From NCBI GenBank assembly GCA_024137785.1, contig JAHRHZ010000285.1:62001-126000 (forward strand): a stretch of 64,000 nt of DNA, given 5' to 3'. The DNA is from Ginglymostoma cirratum. Its lineage: Eukaryota. This document shows, in pieces, positions 52,840 through 64,000 of the stretch (positions are counted from its first letter, which is position 1; every line of letters begins with the position of its first letter). The notes under the pieces were generated by a model, which worked only from the letters and a program-made list of their open reading frames with translations, made no database searches and was not told the DNA's origin. The position numbers and the translations under genes are program-made.

Positions 52840-54272
52840 TTGTATCATTGACAGCTAAGGTTGAGGTGCCGGAAGGCTTGAGGGTGGCAAATGTAGTGCC
52901 ATTCTTTCAGAAGGTGGTGTGCAAAAGCCAGGGAACTACAGACTGTGAGTCTGACTGAAGGGTTTGATAAGCTATTGGAAGGAATTCTGATGGACAGGAG
53001 TTACATGCATTTAGAAAGACAAAGACTGGTAAGGAATTGTCTACCTAGTTCCCTCGGGAACTTGATTGAGTTTTTTGAAAAGTTGACAAAGAAGTTTGAT
53101 GAATGCAGAGCGGTAGACGTTGTCTATATGAACTTCAGCAAAGCGCTCGACAAGGTTCCACATGGTTGACTTGTTCAGAAGGCTCGATCAAATGGAATCC
53201 AGAATTGAACACAGAATTGGCTTGAAGATAAAAGACAGAGGGTGGTGGTAAGGGATTGTTTATCAGATTGGAGGTGCGACTGGATGTGTTCCACAAGGAT
53301 CAGTGCTGGGTCCACTTTGCCATTTATATAAACGAATTGGATGTGGTTTCAGGAGGCCTTGGTTGTAAGTTTGCAGACAGCACCAAAATTGGCGGTGTAG
53401 TGGAAAGTGAAAAAAGGTTACCTCAGAATACAACCAGAGCTTGATCAGATGGGCCAATGGGCTGAGGAGTGGCAGATGGTGCTTAATATAGATAAATGTA
53501 AAGTGTTGCATTTTGGTAAGGCAAACCAGGTTTGGACTTATACACTTAATGTTACAGCCCGAGTGAGTGTTTTTGAACAAAGAGTTCTAAGGGTACTGAT
53601 TCATAGTTCTATGAAAGTGTAACTGCATTTAGGCAAGTGGTGAACAAGGTGTTTGGTATGTTTGTCTTCATTGGTCACAGCACTGAGTAAATGAGTTGGG
53701 ACATCATGTTGTGGTTCCACAGGACATTGGTAAGGCCAGTTTCAGAATACTGCGTTTAATTCTCATCTCCCTGTTAAAGATGATGCTAAATTTGAAAGTG
53801 TTCAGAAAAGATTCACAAGATTGTTGTGGGGATTGCAGGTTTGAAGCTAGAGGGACATGCTGTATAGGCTGGGGCTTTTTACTCTGCTACATCAGAGACT
53901 GAGGGGTGACCATATAGAGGTCTATAAAATGATGATTGGGCATTTCGGGCGAAGAGCCGAGGTCTTTTTCCCAGGGTGGGTGAGTCAAAAACTAGACGGC
54001 ACCGGTGTAACGTGAAAGGGGAAGGACTTAAAAAGGACCTGGGGTACAGTCAGTTCCTGCGGATGGTTATGTGCGTATGGAATGACCTGCCTGAGGCCGA
54101 ACAGTCACAGCATTTAAAGGTCATCTGGATGTTTATGTGAGTAGGAAGTGTTTAGAGAAATATGAACCAAATGCTGGAACATGGGAACAGATGAGTTTAG
54201 GATATCTGGTTGGCGTGAACAAGTTGACTGAAGGGCTTGTTTCTGGGCTGTATAATTCTATGAATCTATGAC
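52840..54272 (+). mobile_element. Decayed CR1 ORF2 RT fragment in intron of paralog 3
   Basis: LIEFFE, YMNFSKALDKVPHG, FADSTKIG, and tail TTCTATGAATCTATGA. Confidence 0.85.
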
Positions 54273-54344
54273 ATTATTCCTTTTAATTATTTAGAAACCC
54301 ACGCACCAGGCAGTGTTTTTCTTAAAAGTAAACATTATTAGATT

Positions 54345-55000
54345 CATAGCGTCAAAGTCAGGTACAACAGAGCGAAAGGCCTCTGGCCTATCGCATCTGA
54401 ACCATGAAAAGAAACAACCACCTTTCTATTCTAATATCATATTTAGCATCTTCTGATAGATTTTTATTTTTCATCTTTTCTACTCTAAACGCTCTACCTC
54501 AACAATAAATTGATGTCCACTGATCGTTGATCACTCCATCATGTCGAAACATTTCTTCCTAACTACGCTCCTCATAATTTGTTTTAGATCTCAATCACTT
54601 CCCCACTCAATCTCCTCTGTTCAAAGGAACGCAATAACTCCAACTTTGAAGCCCAGGCAACATCCGATACACATCTACACCAATAACATACTGATTCCGT
54701 CATTTAGATTCCAAAACTACACACAACACTGCAGCTGTGCCCTAACCAACGTTTTATACTGATTCAGCATGGCCACCCTCCTCTTAAACTTTATGCCTTG
54801 GCTAATGAAGTCTAAGAATATACCTTGCTAACCACATTTTCAGCTATGCTGATAGGTTAAGGAAACGGTGGACATGCATACCAAGTTCCCTGCGAATCAA
54901 GATCCTGCACTTCATCATCATTTCCATTGCCTTGTTGTCCTGAACAAGTACATTACCATATATTTATCCAGATTTAATTTCATTCGAAGACTGAAAACTC
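54345..55000 (-). mobile_element. Old CR1-type 3' fragment, reverse
   Basis: Reverse tail AGATTCATAG...AAAGGCCTCTGGCC and decayed ORF2-end words. Confidence 0.5.
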
Positions 55001-55674
55001 ATGAGTGTTTCTTTATGCTGCACAATATCAAACGATTTGTGATTTTAAGAAAAATCACCCTTACTTCCCCATTGAATTCCAGATCTGTTGCACAAATTTA
55101 GGCCGATGTTCCAATGAGGTGGGTGTCACGTTAGTCCTGGGTGTAAGTTAACTGAGCACACGGGACAATTTATTGTTCAGTATCTGATGGCTACCTGATG
55201 GCACTTTCCACGCTTTTGTTCATAACCGAGCGAGCCCCATGGGACAGCAATTGGTTGTCTTGGATTTTATATATGCCTTGTGGGCATGAATACTAGCGCA
55301 TTTTCTACATTTTCGGGTAGACACCTACATTTTTATCTAGGCTGGGAAAAAAAAATTGTCTTTAGCCGCAGTTTCTTGCGCAGGATTAAAACTCCAGAAT
55401 GCGGTCACGGTCCATGGCCTGTCCAATATTCGTTTCTTTTTGACTGAATTTTAATGATGTATGGAATGAATCAAGAGGTGACCGAGACAATTTATTAAAA
55501 CTGGGAAGTCTTTCTGAATTGGTAGGACAATTACACATCATATGATAGACAGCGCCAAATCAAGGAATTATTCCCAGATGCTGACATGAAAACTATCTAA
55601 GAAGTACATGCATTTTGTTTTGGGGGTGGGGGAGGTGGGAGGGGATATTTGCAGAGTTACCTGGTCGGACAGGA

Positions 55675-55810
55675 AATAAAGATAGTGGGAACTGCCGATG
55701 CTGGAGAATCTGAGGTAACAAGGTGTAGAGCTGGATGAACACAACAGGCCGAGCAGCATCAGAGAAGCAGGAAAGCTGACGTTTTGGGTCGAGACCCTTC
55801 TTCATAAAAT
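55675..55810 (-). repeat. Penelope-terminus-derived short repeat
   Basis: GGAACTGCCGATGCTGGAGAATCTGAG...GCAGCATC...GACGTTTTGGGTCGAGACCCTTCTTCAT; related to 24250-24330, 39370-39590 and 42690-42790. Confidence 0.6.
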
Positions 55811-57202
55811 GGACTGGAGATAGATGTGTGATTGTAGGAGAGGGGCAACTGCTGAGGCCTGTGTTTGAAGACGGAGACTATACAGATGAAATCACTGTAA
55901 TTAGGGAAGCTTTCATGGATCACTGGAGGTGTGAGGAGATCTGTGGGAGATGTAGAGAATCCAAAAATTTCCTAATTATTGAGGGGGCTGTGTAATGAAC
56001 CACTTCTAATATCAATGAATCAGATTTATTGATTCAGATTTAATCCGTCATACATTTATTTCTGGCATTAATTGTATCCTTTTTGTTCCAGCCAATATTG
56101 TCACTCTACTGACAATTCGACTCAGGAATTGTGGCCTCGCCCAGAGCACCACAATGTACCTAATATCAATGACCACAAGTGATCTCCTGGTCCTCGTTTT
56201 TCACGCCCTTGTCAATTGAATTTTAAGCTGTCGCTTTCCACAGCTATTTGATTGTTACACCTTAGCCTGTCGCCTCAACACCATTACAACGGCTGTGGTG
56301 ATCGATTTTTCTGTCTGGTTAACAGTATCTTTCACTTTCGACCTATTCATATCCATCTGTTTCCAGAGTCTCAGAAGAAGCTACTGTACTCCGAAGTCCG
56401 CAGCTCTGGTCATCGGGGTGATTTACTTTGTCAGTAATGTGAGAAACATTCCCTATTACTTCAGCAATATCCCGTTCCACGTGCACAATAATGCGCAGAT
56501 CGGCTGCAAGGCCAATCCCAGCATTGACACAGCTCCTGCCTGGAGAGCCTTTTACTGGGTCCAAGTGGTTTTAACTCCTTTGGCTCCCTATGTCGCTGTG
56601 GCTTTATTGAATCTCCTGATGGTGAGACACATACTCATTGCAAGCCGGGTCTGTCGAGGATTCCGAGGATATGGTGGTGGATCGCAGGACCCTGAGATGC
56701 AAAGTCGGCGAAGAGCCCTCGTTTTCCCTTTTGCCGCCTCAGCGAGTTTCATATTGCTGTGGATGCCCATGGTGGGACTGCTCATGTTCTCACGTATCAC
56801 TGAAACCTATACTTATCGCAGCTTTCATGAGCCATTTGCAATTGTCAATGAAACCCTCAAGATGCTCAGTGTTCTGAACTGGAGCACCACCATCTGCATG
56901 TACGCTCTTACTCAATCTAAATTCAGGGCAGAGCTGAGCACGGCAGTGCGAAAGTTTACCAGACGATTTGGTAAATTAGCTACAGTGTAAAATTGAGCAA
57001 ATTGTAGCCTCTCATCCTGTTTATAAAATCCCCATGAAATAATTGGATACATGTAAACTAATTTTGTGCAGCAAGGTGCGCTGCAGATTACCTCTTCATT
57101 GTTGAAATCTGTCAATACCGCTCCTTCGTTGTTGTAAGGCATCTATGAAAACATTAATGCAGCACCAAGATAGTTAATCACAAATAACATAGCATTTTCA
57201 AT

Positions 57203-57512
57203 GCTGTGATAGTTTGTGCACCTGTCTCACAGCACCAGGGGCCTGATTCAAACCTCGGGCGACTGTCTTTCTGGGGTTTGGACATTTTCCCTGTGGGATT
57301 ACTCTGGTTTCCCCCATAGTTTGACAGATTAAGTGGATTTTGCATGCCGAATTACCCGTAGTGTCGAGGGTTGTGGATTAGCCATGGGAAATGCAGAGTT
57401 ACAGGGACAGGTTCGTGGGTGGGTCTCAGTGCAGTGGTCATTGGAAGGTCATTGGTCATTGGACTGGTTGGGCTGAATGGTCTGCCACCATACTGAGGGG
57501 ATTCTATGATTC
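57203..57512 (+). mobile_element. HE1/V-SINE-type SINE, diverged
   Basis: CTCACAGCACCAGGG...TTTGGACATTTTCCC...GGGCTGAATGGTCTG...GGGATTCTATGATTC. Confidence 0.75.
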
Positions 57513-59489
57513 TTGGTTTGCCATGTTGCGAAATTAACCGTGTGAATTTCATTTAAGGTAAGATCATTGTGAAACCAAGTACGAATTAAAACCTAAGCCA
57601 ATAAGTGACATCTTTGTTCCTGATTATACAAATTATTTTAAAAATTCCCTTAGTCACTTTGTAACTTGAGTTAACATATGCCTGTGCTAACTACTGAGAA
57701 ATTCACCAGAACCCTTTAGCAATGGAATCTGAACAATGCATTGGACTGGAACAAACAGTCTATGGCTCCAGTGCAATGTTATCATTTCAATGAATGGGTT
57801 GCTGTCATCTACATGTTGAAATAATATTTCTGGACAGCGAACAATTTTGAATCGGTGTCTGCACATGTAATTTTGCAAAATGAATGTATCTCAGTTTAGA
57901 TTAAACGAGGGTCATGACTGAATCCACACACCTCATCACCTTACTTGCTAAAGAAATAGAGTATGTGTGGTCAGAGAGCAATTCACTGGAGATCGCTGTC
58001 GTACTGTATAGCTGAAGCAAGGTTGTAGTGATAGTTTGAATCAGTCTCCCCTGTCAGTTGCACAGTAGTGGAGAAAAGAGAGATAGGATTGAGACAATAC
58101 TTGCCCCGTATATTTTTTGGTGTTGATGGATGAAGGCACAATGGGACAGATTACTGTTATAATTTTATTTCCTGTTGCACATAAAGGAGAACATTAATTC
58201 AGGCGTGGACATGCAGGATTAGGTCCCTTTTGAAGCACAATATGAACAATATATTTAGCAGTTGTGGTCATGTGTGCCAAAAACATTCTTCCACATTTCG
58301 ATTCTCAACTGCATCTCCAAATTGCTCTAAACCTTTGGGATATATAAGCAGCTCCAGCTTTGAAACCTCTCTTGAAAGTCATCTCTGCCACTGTTCCAAG
58401 TTGCACCTTCAAAATTCTAACAAGTCTCTCATCAAAGAAATTGTTCCTCATCTCCCTCGTTGCTCTTTCTTGGAGTTGGCATTCTTGGAATTGTGGTACC
58501 TCGGTACTGTTAATACTAACTTGGAGAAAGAGAATATCCTCCATTATCCTGTCAGAATCGTTCATAAAGTTGGATGTCTCTACAAAATGAACTCTCAATC
58601 TTCTCTGCTCCAAGAAGAATATGCAAAATTTCTACAATCTTTCGTGGTGATTCGTACTAATTTGTGGCACTCAAGGTCCTTCGTTATCCCCTTCTCCATT
58701 GCAATGCGTGGGCTGACTTCTCCCAGAATCTTCCTCCATAATTTCTCACTATTGGTCTCTCATTGATAAATCGGTCGTCTGTGACCCCCTTCTCAGCTGC
58801 ACCGTGTGAGCCAATTTCTCCAAGAATCCACCTCACTATATTGTCCCTCACACCCTCTTTCAAAGCTCCTCCTCCACCTGTTGAGATAGTGGATACTCCA
58901 CAGCGCCCTTCCTATTTGCAGTGAGTGAGCTGACATTTCCCAGAATCCTCCTCCTTCAATTTTCATTACCACCTTCTGTTGGATTTTCTTTCCCCTGTTG
59001 AGCAAGGGGTGAAATGCATCCCAATTCTCAGCCACGCTGAGTGAGCTAACTTCTCTCAAACTCCTACCTCATCACTTATCGCTACTGTCCTGTGTTGAAC
59101 CTTTTTTTCCACCTATTGAGACGCCAGAGCCTCTGTGGTCCACTTCTCAGTCGTGGTGAGTGGGCCGATTTCTCCCAAAGTGTTACACAGTTATTTCAAA
59201 TCTCGCTACATTGTCTGAGAGGGATGCATTTCCAAATGTTGAGGCTCCAGTTCTCTTGTGATCCTGTTCTCAGCTCCAATGACAGAGCCTAACTCTGCAG
59301 AATCTTCCTGAGTCACTTATCACTGCTGCCCTCTGTTGGATATGCTTCCTCCTGTTGATCACTGTGTCCTGTGTCATCCACTTCTCTATTGCGTTTTGTA
59401 AGCAAACTTCTCCCAAAATCATCTTCAGTTTCTTGTCCATTCTAACCTCTGTTGGATGGTCTTCCTCCGATTGAGACACTCGCTCTGCA

Positions 59490-61385
59490 GCATTTTTTTT
59501 TTCATTCTGCAAGTGTATTATTCTCAAATTGAATGTCTGCAATAATAAGCTCGACCTAAACAGTCTGGTATTTTTGTCCTTAAGTTTATCCAAACACTTC
59601 AATGTGTTGTGATCAGTTTACACAAATTGTCTCAGACACATTACTGGCAATATAAATGTTGAAATGTTGCAGCAAAAAAACACCAAGCTCAAGGTTCCCT
59701 TCTCAATAGTGGAATATTTCTGTTGATAAGTATTCAATTTCCCGGAAAAAAGAACCCAGCCATTTTGTCTTTCAAAGTCTTTGTCAGCTTCTGGTAAGAG
59801 CACAGTACCGACACCCACATCATTCACATCAACAGCCACCCTCAATGGTTAACACCAGGGCAGCTTTCAGGCTGACAAATGCCTTCTGAGCGTCTGCCAT
59901 CACTGAAATTTTCTGCACTTCTTCATAAGCCTATCAGTGGAGGTAGCACACTGCTGATGTTCAGTACAAACTGCCTATAAACTCCACGCAACCCCATAAA
60001 TCAGAGTGCTTTATTCATTGATGGTACAGAAAACTCCCCAGTAATCTTTGTTTTCCGATTCCATAGGGCCATCCGTCCATGTCCGATAACATAGCCCAGG
60101 ATCATGAAATGGGCTTTTGCAAACGCACTCTTAGCCAGGTTGATCACCAAGCCTGCTTCCTGAAGTTATTCAAAATCAAAACAATAGATGCTGCAAATGT
60201 TCTTCTATATGTAAGTAAAAATCATCAGGTTGTCGATGTACAGCACACGACTGGGTTATCCAGAAATGACTTTATTGGGTTAATCTTTGAAAGGCGGCTG
60301 GCACATTTTTTTATGCGCAATGGCATGATTTTAAGTTTGTATATTCTATTCAGCATCACAAAAGCCGAAATTTTCTTTCCTCTTTCAGATAACGGTAACT
60401 GTTAGTATACTCTTCGAAAGGACAACTTGTAAATACAACTTGTTCATACCATCTTCTCAATACAGTCTTACCAACGTGGAGTAGAATATATATCAGACTT
60501 TGTAACTGCATTGACTTTGTAATAGGCCATTCATAACCTATCAGTACTATCTGGTTTTGGAACGATCGCTATGGGTGAATTCCAGTTGCTGCAACTTCAC
60601 TTCAGTCATGCTGTTTTTGAGCATGCATTGAACCTTCTTTTGAACCTGTGCCAACTTGAGAGGAGTAAGTTTCTAAGGATATTGATTAATTGGAACAGCA
60701 TTTCCTCTATGGACAACATGTGTAATTGGATCAGTACTTACAAGCTCATTCACACATCTCCCCGTGTGATAGTAATACAGCTTTCCATTCATTTTGATTT
60801 TTCTCTGGAAACTAACTCAATAATGTATCCCAATTTTTGAGAACTTTCTTATTGCCCAATTTAATTTGAGGAATTCAGAATCATCTGAGCTTGGTTCTTC
60901 AGAGTGTGTTGTAACCAGTAATGAATTCTCATTTTTTTCTTTTCCTACCAATCAAAATACCTTTTGAACATGTTCACAAGAAACACTCTGTGAGATTTAT
61001 TTCTATCTGGTGTCTTTATCAAATCATTCACTTTACTCATTTTCCTTTCCAGCTGGTAAGACCCACTAAACTTTGTCTTTAAAGGTTCACCTACCATTGG
61101 AAGTAATACTAACACTTTATCTCCATGAGTAAAATTGTGTATTTTTTATTTCTTGTCTGCTTCCTGGTTCATCACACGGTGTGCTACTTCCAATGCTTTC
61201 TAGACAACTCGCTTATCCGACTTAATCTTTCCCTATAATTTGATACACAGTTCAAATGTGTGGTCTCTAAACTCTGACTCACCAATTTCTCCTTAATTAA
61301 TTTCATTGGTGTCTCACCTCATGCCAAAAATCCAAACAAATGTATTTAATGCCATTCATGCATTTGGCACTTCCCTAATTGCAAA
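59490..61385 (-). mobile_element. Gmr1-like Gypsy pol: integrase C-terminus, then RT, then RNase H
   Basis: On the minus strand, FAIREVPN..KVLVLLP..FSGSY (IN/GPY-F; ~61380-60960) precedes PIAIVPKPD and RT (~60750-59900) and VAVD..DVGVG...YSTIEK...DHN (RNase H; 59850-59500). Confidence 0.82.
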
Positions 61386-64000
61386 ATAGAACATAGAACA
61401 TAGAACATTACAGTGCAGTACAGGCCCTTCGGACCTCGATATTGCACTGACCTGTGAAACCAATCTGAAGCCCATCTAAACTACACTATTCCATTGTCAT
61501 ATGTTTCTTTATCCAATGACCATTTAAATGCCCTTAAAGTTGGGGAGTCTACTACTGTTTCAGGCAAGGCATTCCACGCCTTTACTACTCTCTGAGTAAA
61601 GAAGCTACCTCTGACATCTGTCCTATATCGATCACTCCTCAATTTAAAGCGATGTCCTCTCGTGCTAACCATCACCATTCGAGAAAGAAGGCTCTCACTA
61701 TCCACCCGATATAATGCTCTCATCATCTGGATTGTCTCTATTAAGTCACCTCTTAACCTTCTTCTCTCTAACGAAAACAGCCTCAAGTCCCTCAGCCTTT
61801 CCTCATAAGACCTTCCGTCCGTACCAGGCAAAATCCTGGTAAATCTCCTCTGTACCCTTTCCAATGCTTCCACATCCTTCCTATAATGCAGCGAACAGAA
61901 CTGTACGCAATACTCCAAGTGCGGCCGCACCAGAGATTTGTACAGCTGCAACATGACCTCATGGCTCCGAAACGCAATCCCTCTACCAATAAAACCTGAC
62001 ACACCGTATGCCTTCTTAATAACCCTATCAACCTGGGTGGCAACTTTCAGGGATCTATGCACATGGACACCAAGATCTGTCTGCTCGTCCACACTACCAA
62101 GAATCTTACAATTAGCCCAGTACTCTGTATTCCTGTTACTCCTTCCAAAGTGTTTCACCTCACACTTTTCCACATTAAACTCCATTTGCCGCCTCTCAGC
62201 CCAGCTCTGCGGCTTATCTACGTCTCTCTGTAACATCCAACATTCTTCCGCACTATCCACAACTCCACCGACTTTAGTGTCATCCGCAAATTTATTAACC
62301 GATCCTTCTATGCTCTCATTCAGGTCATTTATAAAAATGACGAACAGCAGTGGACCCAGAACAGATCCTTGCGGTCCACCACTAACAACTGAACTCCAGG
62401 ATGAACATTTCCCATCAACCACCACCCTCTGTCTTTTTATAGCTAGCCAATTTCTGATCTAAACCGCTAAATCACCCTCAATCCCATGCCTCCATATTTT
62501 CTGCAATAGCCTACCATATGGAACCTTATCAAATGCTTCACTGAAATCCATATACACTAAATCAACCGCTTTACCCTCATCCACCTGTTTGGTCACCTTC
62601 TCAAAGAACTCAATAAGCTTTATGAGGCACGACCTACCCTTCACGAAACCGTGTTGACTATCTCTAATCAAATTATTCCTTTCTAGATGATTATAAATCC
62701 TATCGCTAATAATCCTCCCAACACTTTACCCACAACCGAAATAAGGCTCATTGGTCTATCATTACCACTGTTGTCTCTACTCCCCTTCTTCAACAAGGAG
62801 CCAACATTTGCAATCCTCCAGTCTTCTGGCACTATTCCTGTCGACAATGATGACATAAAGATCAAAGCCAAAGGCTCTGCAATCTCCTCCCTAGCTTCCC
62901 AGAGAATCCTAGGATAGATCCCATCCGCCCCAGTGGACTTACTTACTCTCACACTTTCCAGAATTGCTAACACCTACTCTTTATGAAACTCAATCCCGTC
63001 AAATCTAATAGCCTGTATCTCAGTATTCTCCTCAACAACAATGTTATTTTCCTTTGTGAATATTGATGAAAAATATTCATTTTGTGCCGTTCCTATCTCT
63101 TCGGACTCCACGCACAATTTCCCACTTCTGTCCTTGACTGGCCCTAATATTACTCTAGTCATTCTTTTATTCCTGACATACCTACAGAAAGCTTTAGGGT
63201 TTTCCTTGATCCTACCTGCCAAAGACTTCTCGTGTCCCCTCCTGGCTCTTCTTAGCTCTCCCTTTAGGCCCTTCCTGTCTAACTTGTAACTTTCAAGCGC
63301 CCTAACTGATCCTTCACGCCTCATCTTTACATAAGCCTCCTTCTTCGTCCTGACAAGAGATTCAACTTCTGTAGTAAACCATGGTTCCCTCGCTCAACCA
63401 CTTCCTCCCTGCCTGACAGGTACATACTTACCAAGGACATGCAGTCGCTGTTCCTTGAACAAGCTCTTCTTTTCAAAGCCCCTGAAGTTTCCTTCCCCAT
63501 CCTACGCATCCGAAGTCTTGCCTCATCCCCTCATAATTGCCTTTCCACGAGCTATAGCTCTTGCCCTGCGGTAGATACCTATCCCTTTCCATCGCTAAAG
63601 TAAACGTAACTGAATTGTGGTCAGTATCAGCAAAGTGCTCACTTACCTCCAAGTCTAACACCTGGCCTGGTTCATTACCCAGTAACAAATCAAATGTGGC
63701 ATCGCCTCTTTTGGCCTATTTACATACTGTGTCGGGAAACCCTCCTGCACACATTGTACAAAAACTGATCCGTCTAAAGTACTCGAACTATAGCGTTCCC
63801 AGTCAATATTTGGAAAGTTAAAGCCCCCATAACAACTACCCTGTTACTTTCGCTCCTATCCAGAATCATCTTTGCTATCCTTTCCTCTACATCTCTGGAA
63901 CTTTTCGGAGGCCTATAGAAAACTCCCAACAGGGTGACCTCTCATTTCCTGTTTCTAACCTCAGCCCATACTACCTCAGTGGATGCGTCCTCATCAAACG
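61386..64000 (-). mobile_element. CR1 (HER1-like) LINE ORF2, same subfamily as 45295-49492, runs off window end
   Basis: Tail (ATAGAAC)3 at 61386-61407; 314-aa ORF 62425-61481 with [12 protein letters not shown]; endonuclease YRPP near 63910; inserted into the Gypsy integrase. Confidence 0.95.

Larger units (their letters stand above)
50947..56990 (+). pseudogene. GPR139/GPR142-like GPCR paralog 3 (exon1 50947-51016, intron 51017-56091, exon2 56092-56990); single in-frame TGA and DRF>DLF
   Basis: Exon1 MAQAPIINIGNGFYYSLVLVGIS-g|GTGAG; acceptor ttccAG|cc. Exon2 ANIVTLLTIRLRNCGLAQSTTMYLISMTTSDLL...VN*IL (TGA 56217-56219)...DFSVWLTVSFTFDLF...DPEMQSRRR...ILLW...STTICMYALTQSKFR...TAA; no frameshift. 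Confidence 0.88.

Noticed and set aside
56295-56990. 231-aa ORF as a stand-alone intact gene
   Set aside because: It starts at a GTG in TM3 and is merely the part of paralog 3 exon 2 after the premature TGA.
61481-62425. 314-aa ORF as a host reverse-transcriptase gene
   Set aside because: It is the 3' end of a CR1 ORF2 whose upstream part has stops and frameshifts.

Overview
Eukaryotic vertebrate genomic DNA, most likely a shark (elasmobranch). This rests on HE1/V-SINE-type SINEs, esterase-ORF1 CR1 LINEs and Penelope relics. The host content is a tandem, same-strand (+) cluster of three divergent two-exon GPR139/GPR142-like class A GPCR genes at about 2.7-3.8, 34.7-40.7 and 50.9-57.0 kb. All three share a phase-1 intron within TM1, and all three appear disabled. 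Two of them are disabled only by in-frame TGA codons at likely Arg positions. An old, internally deleted endogenous retrovirus with intact ends lies at 4409-11596. It has two TG..CA LTRs, a 5-bp target-site duplication (AGTCG), a tRNA-Ser-like PBS, a PPT, a tandem array in the leader, and an Env with an unusually long, fusion-glycoprotein-like TM subunit. The rest is repeat-rich: Gmr1-like Gypsy elements (integrase before RT), a near full-length CR1 plus an inverted sister copy, many older CR1 fragments, SINEs, Penelope fragments with hammerhead-like motifs, microsatellites and minisatellites. All assignments were made by eye without database searches, and the boundaries of degraded repeats are approximate.
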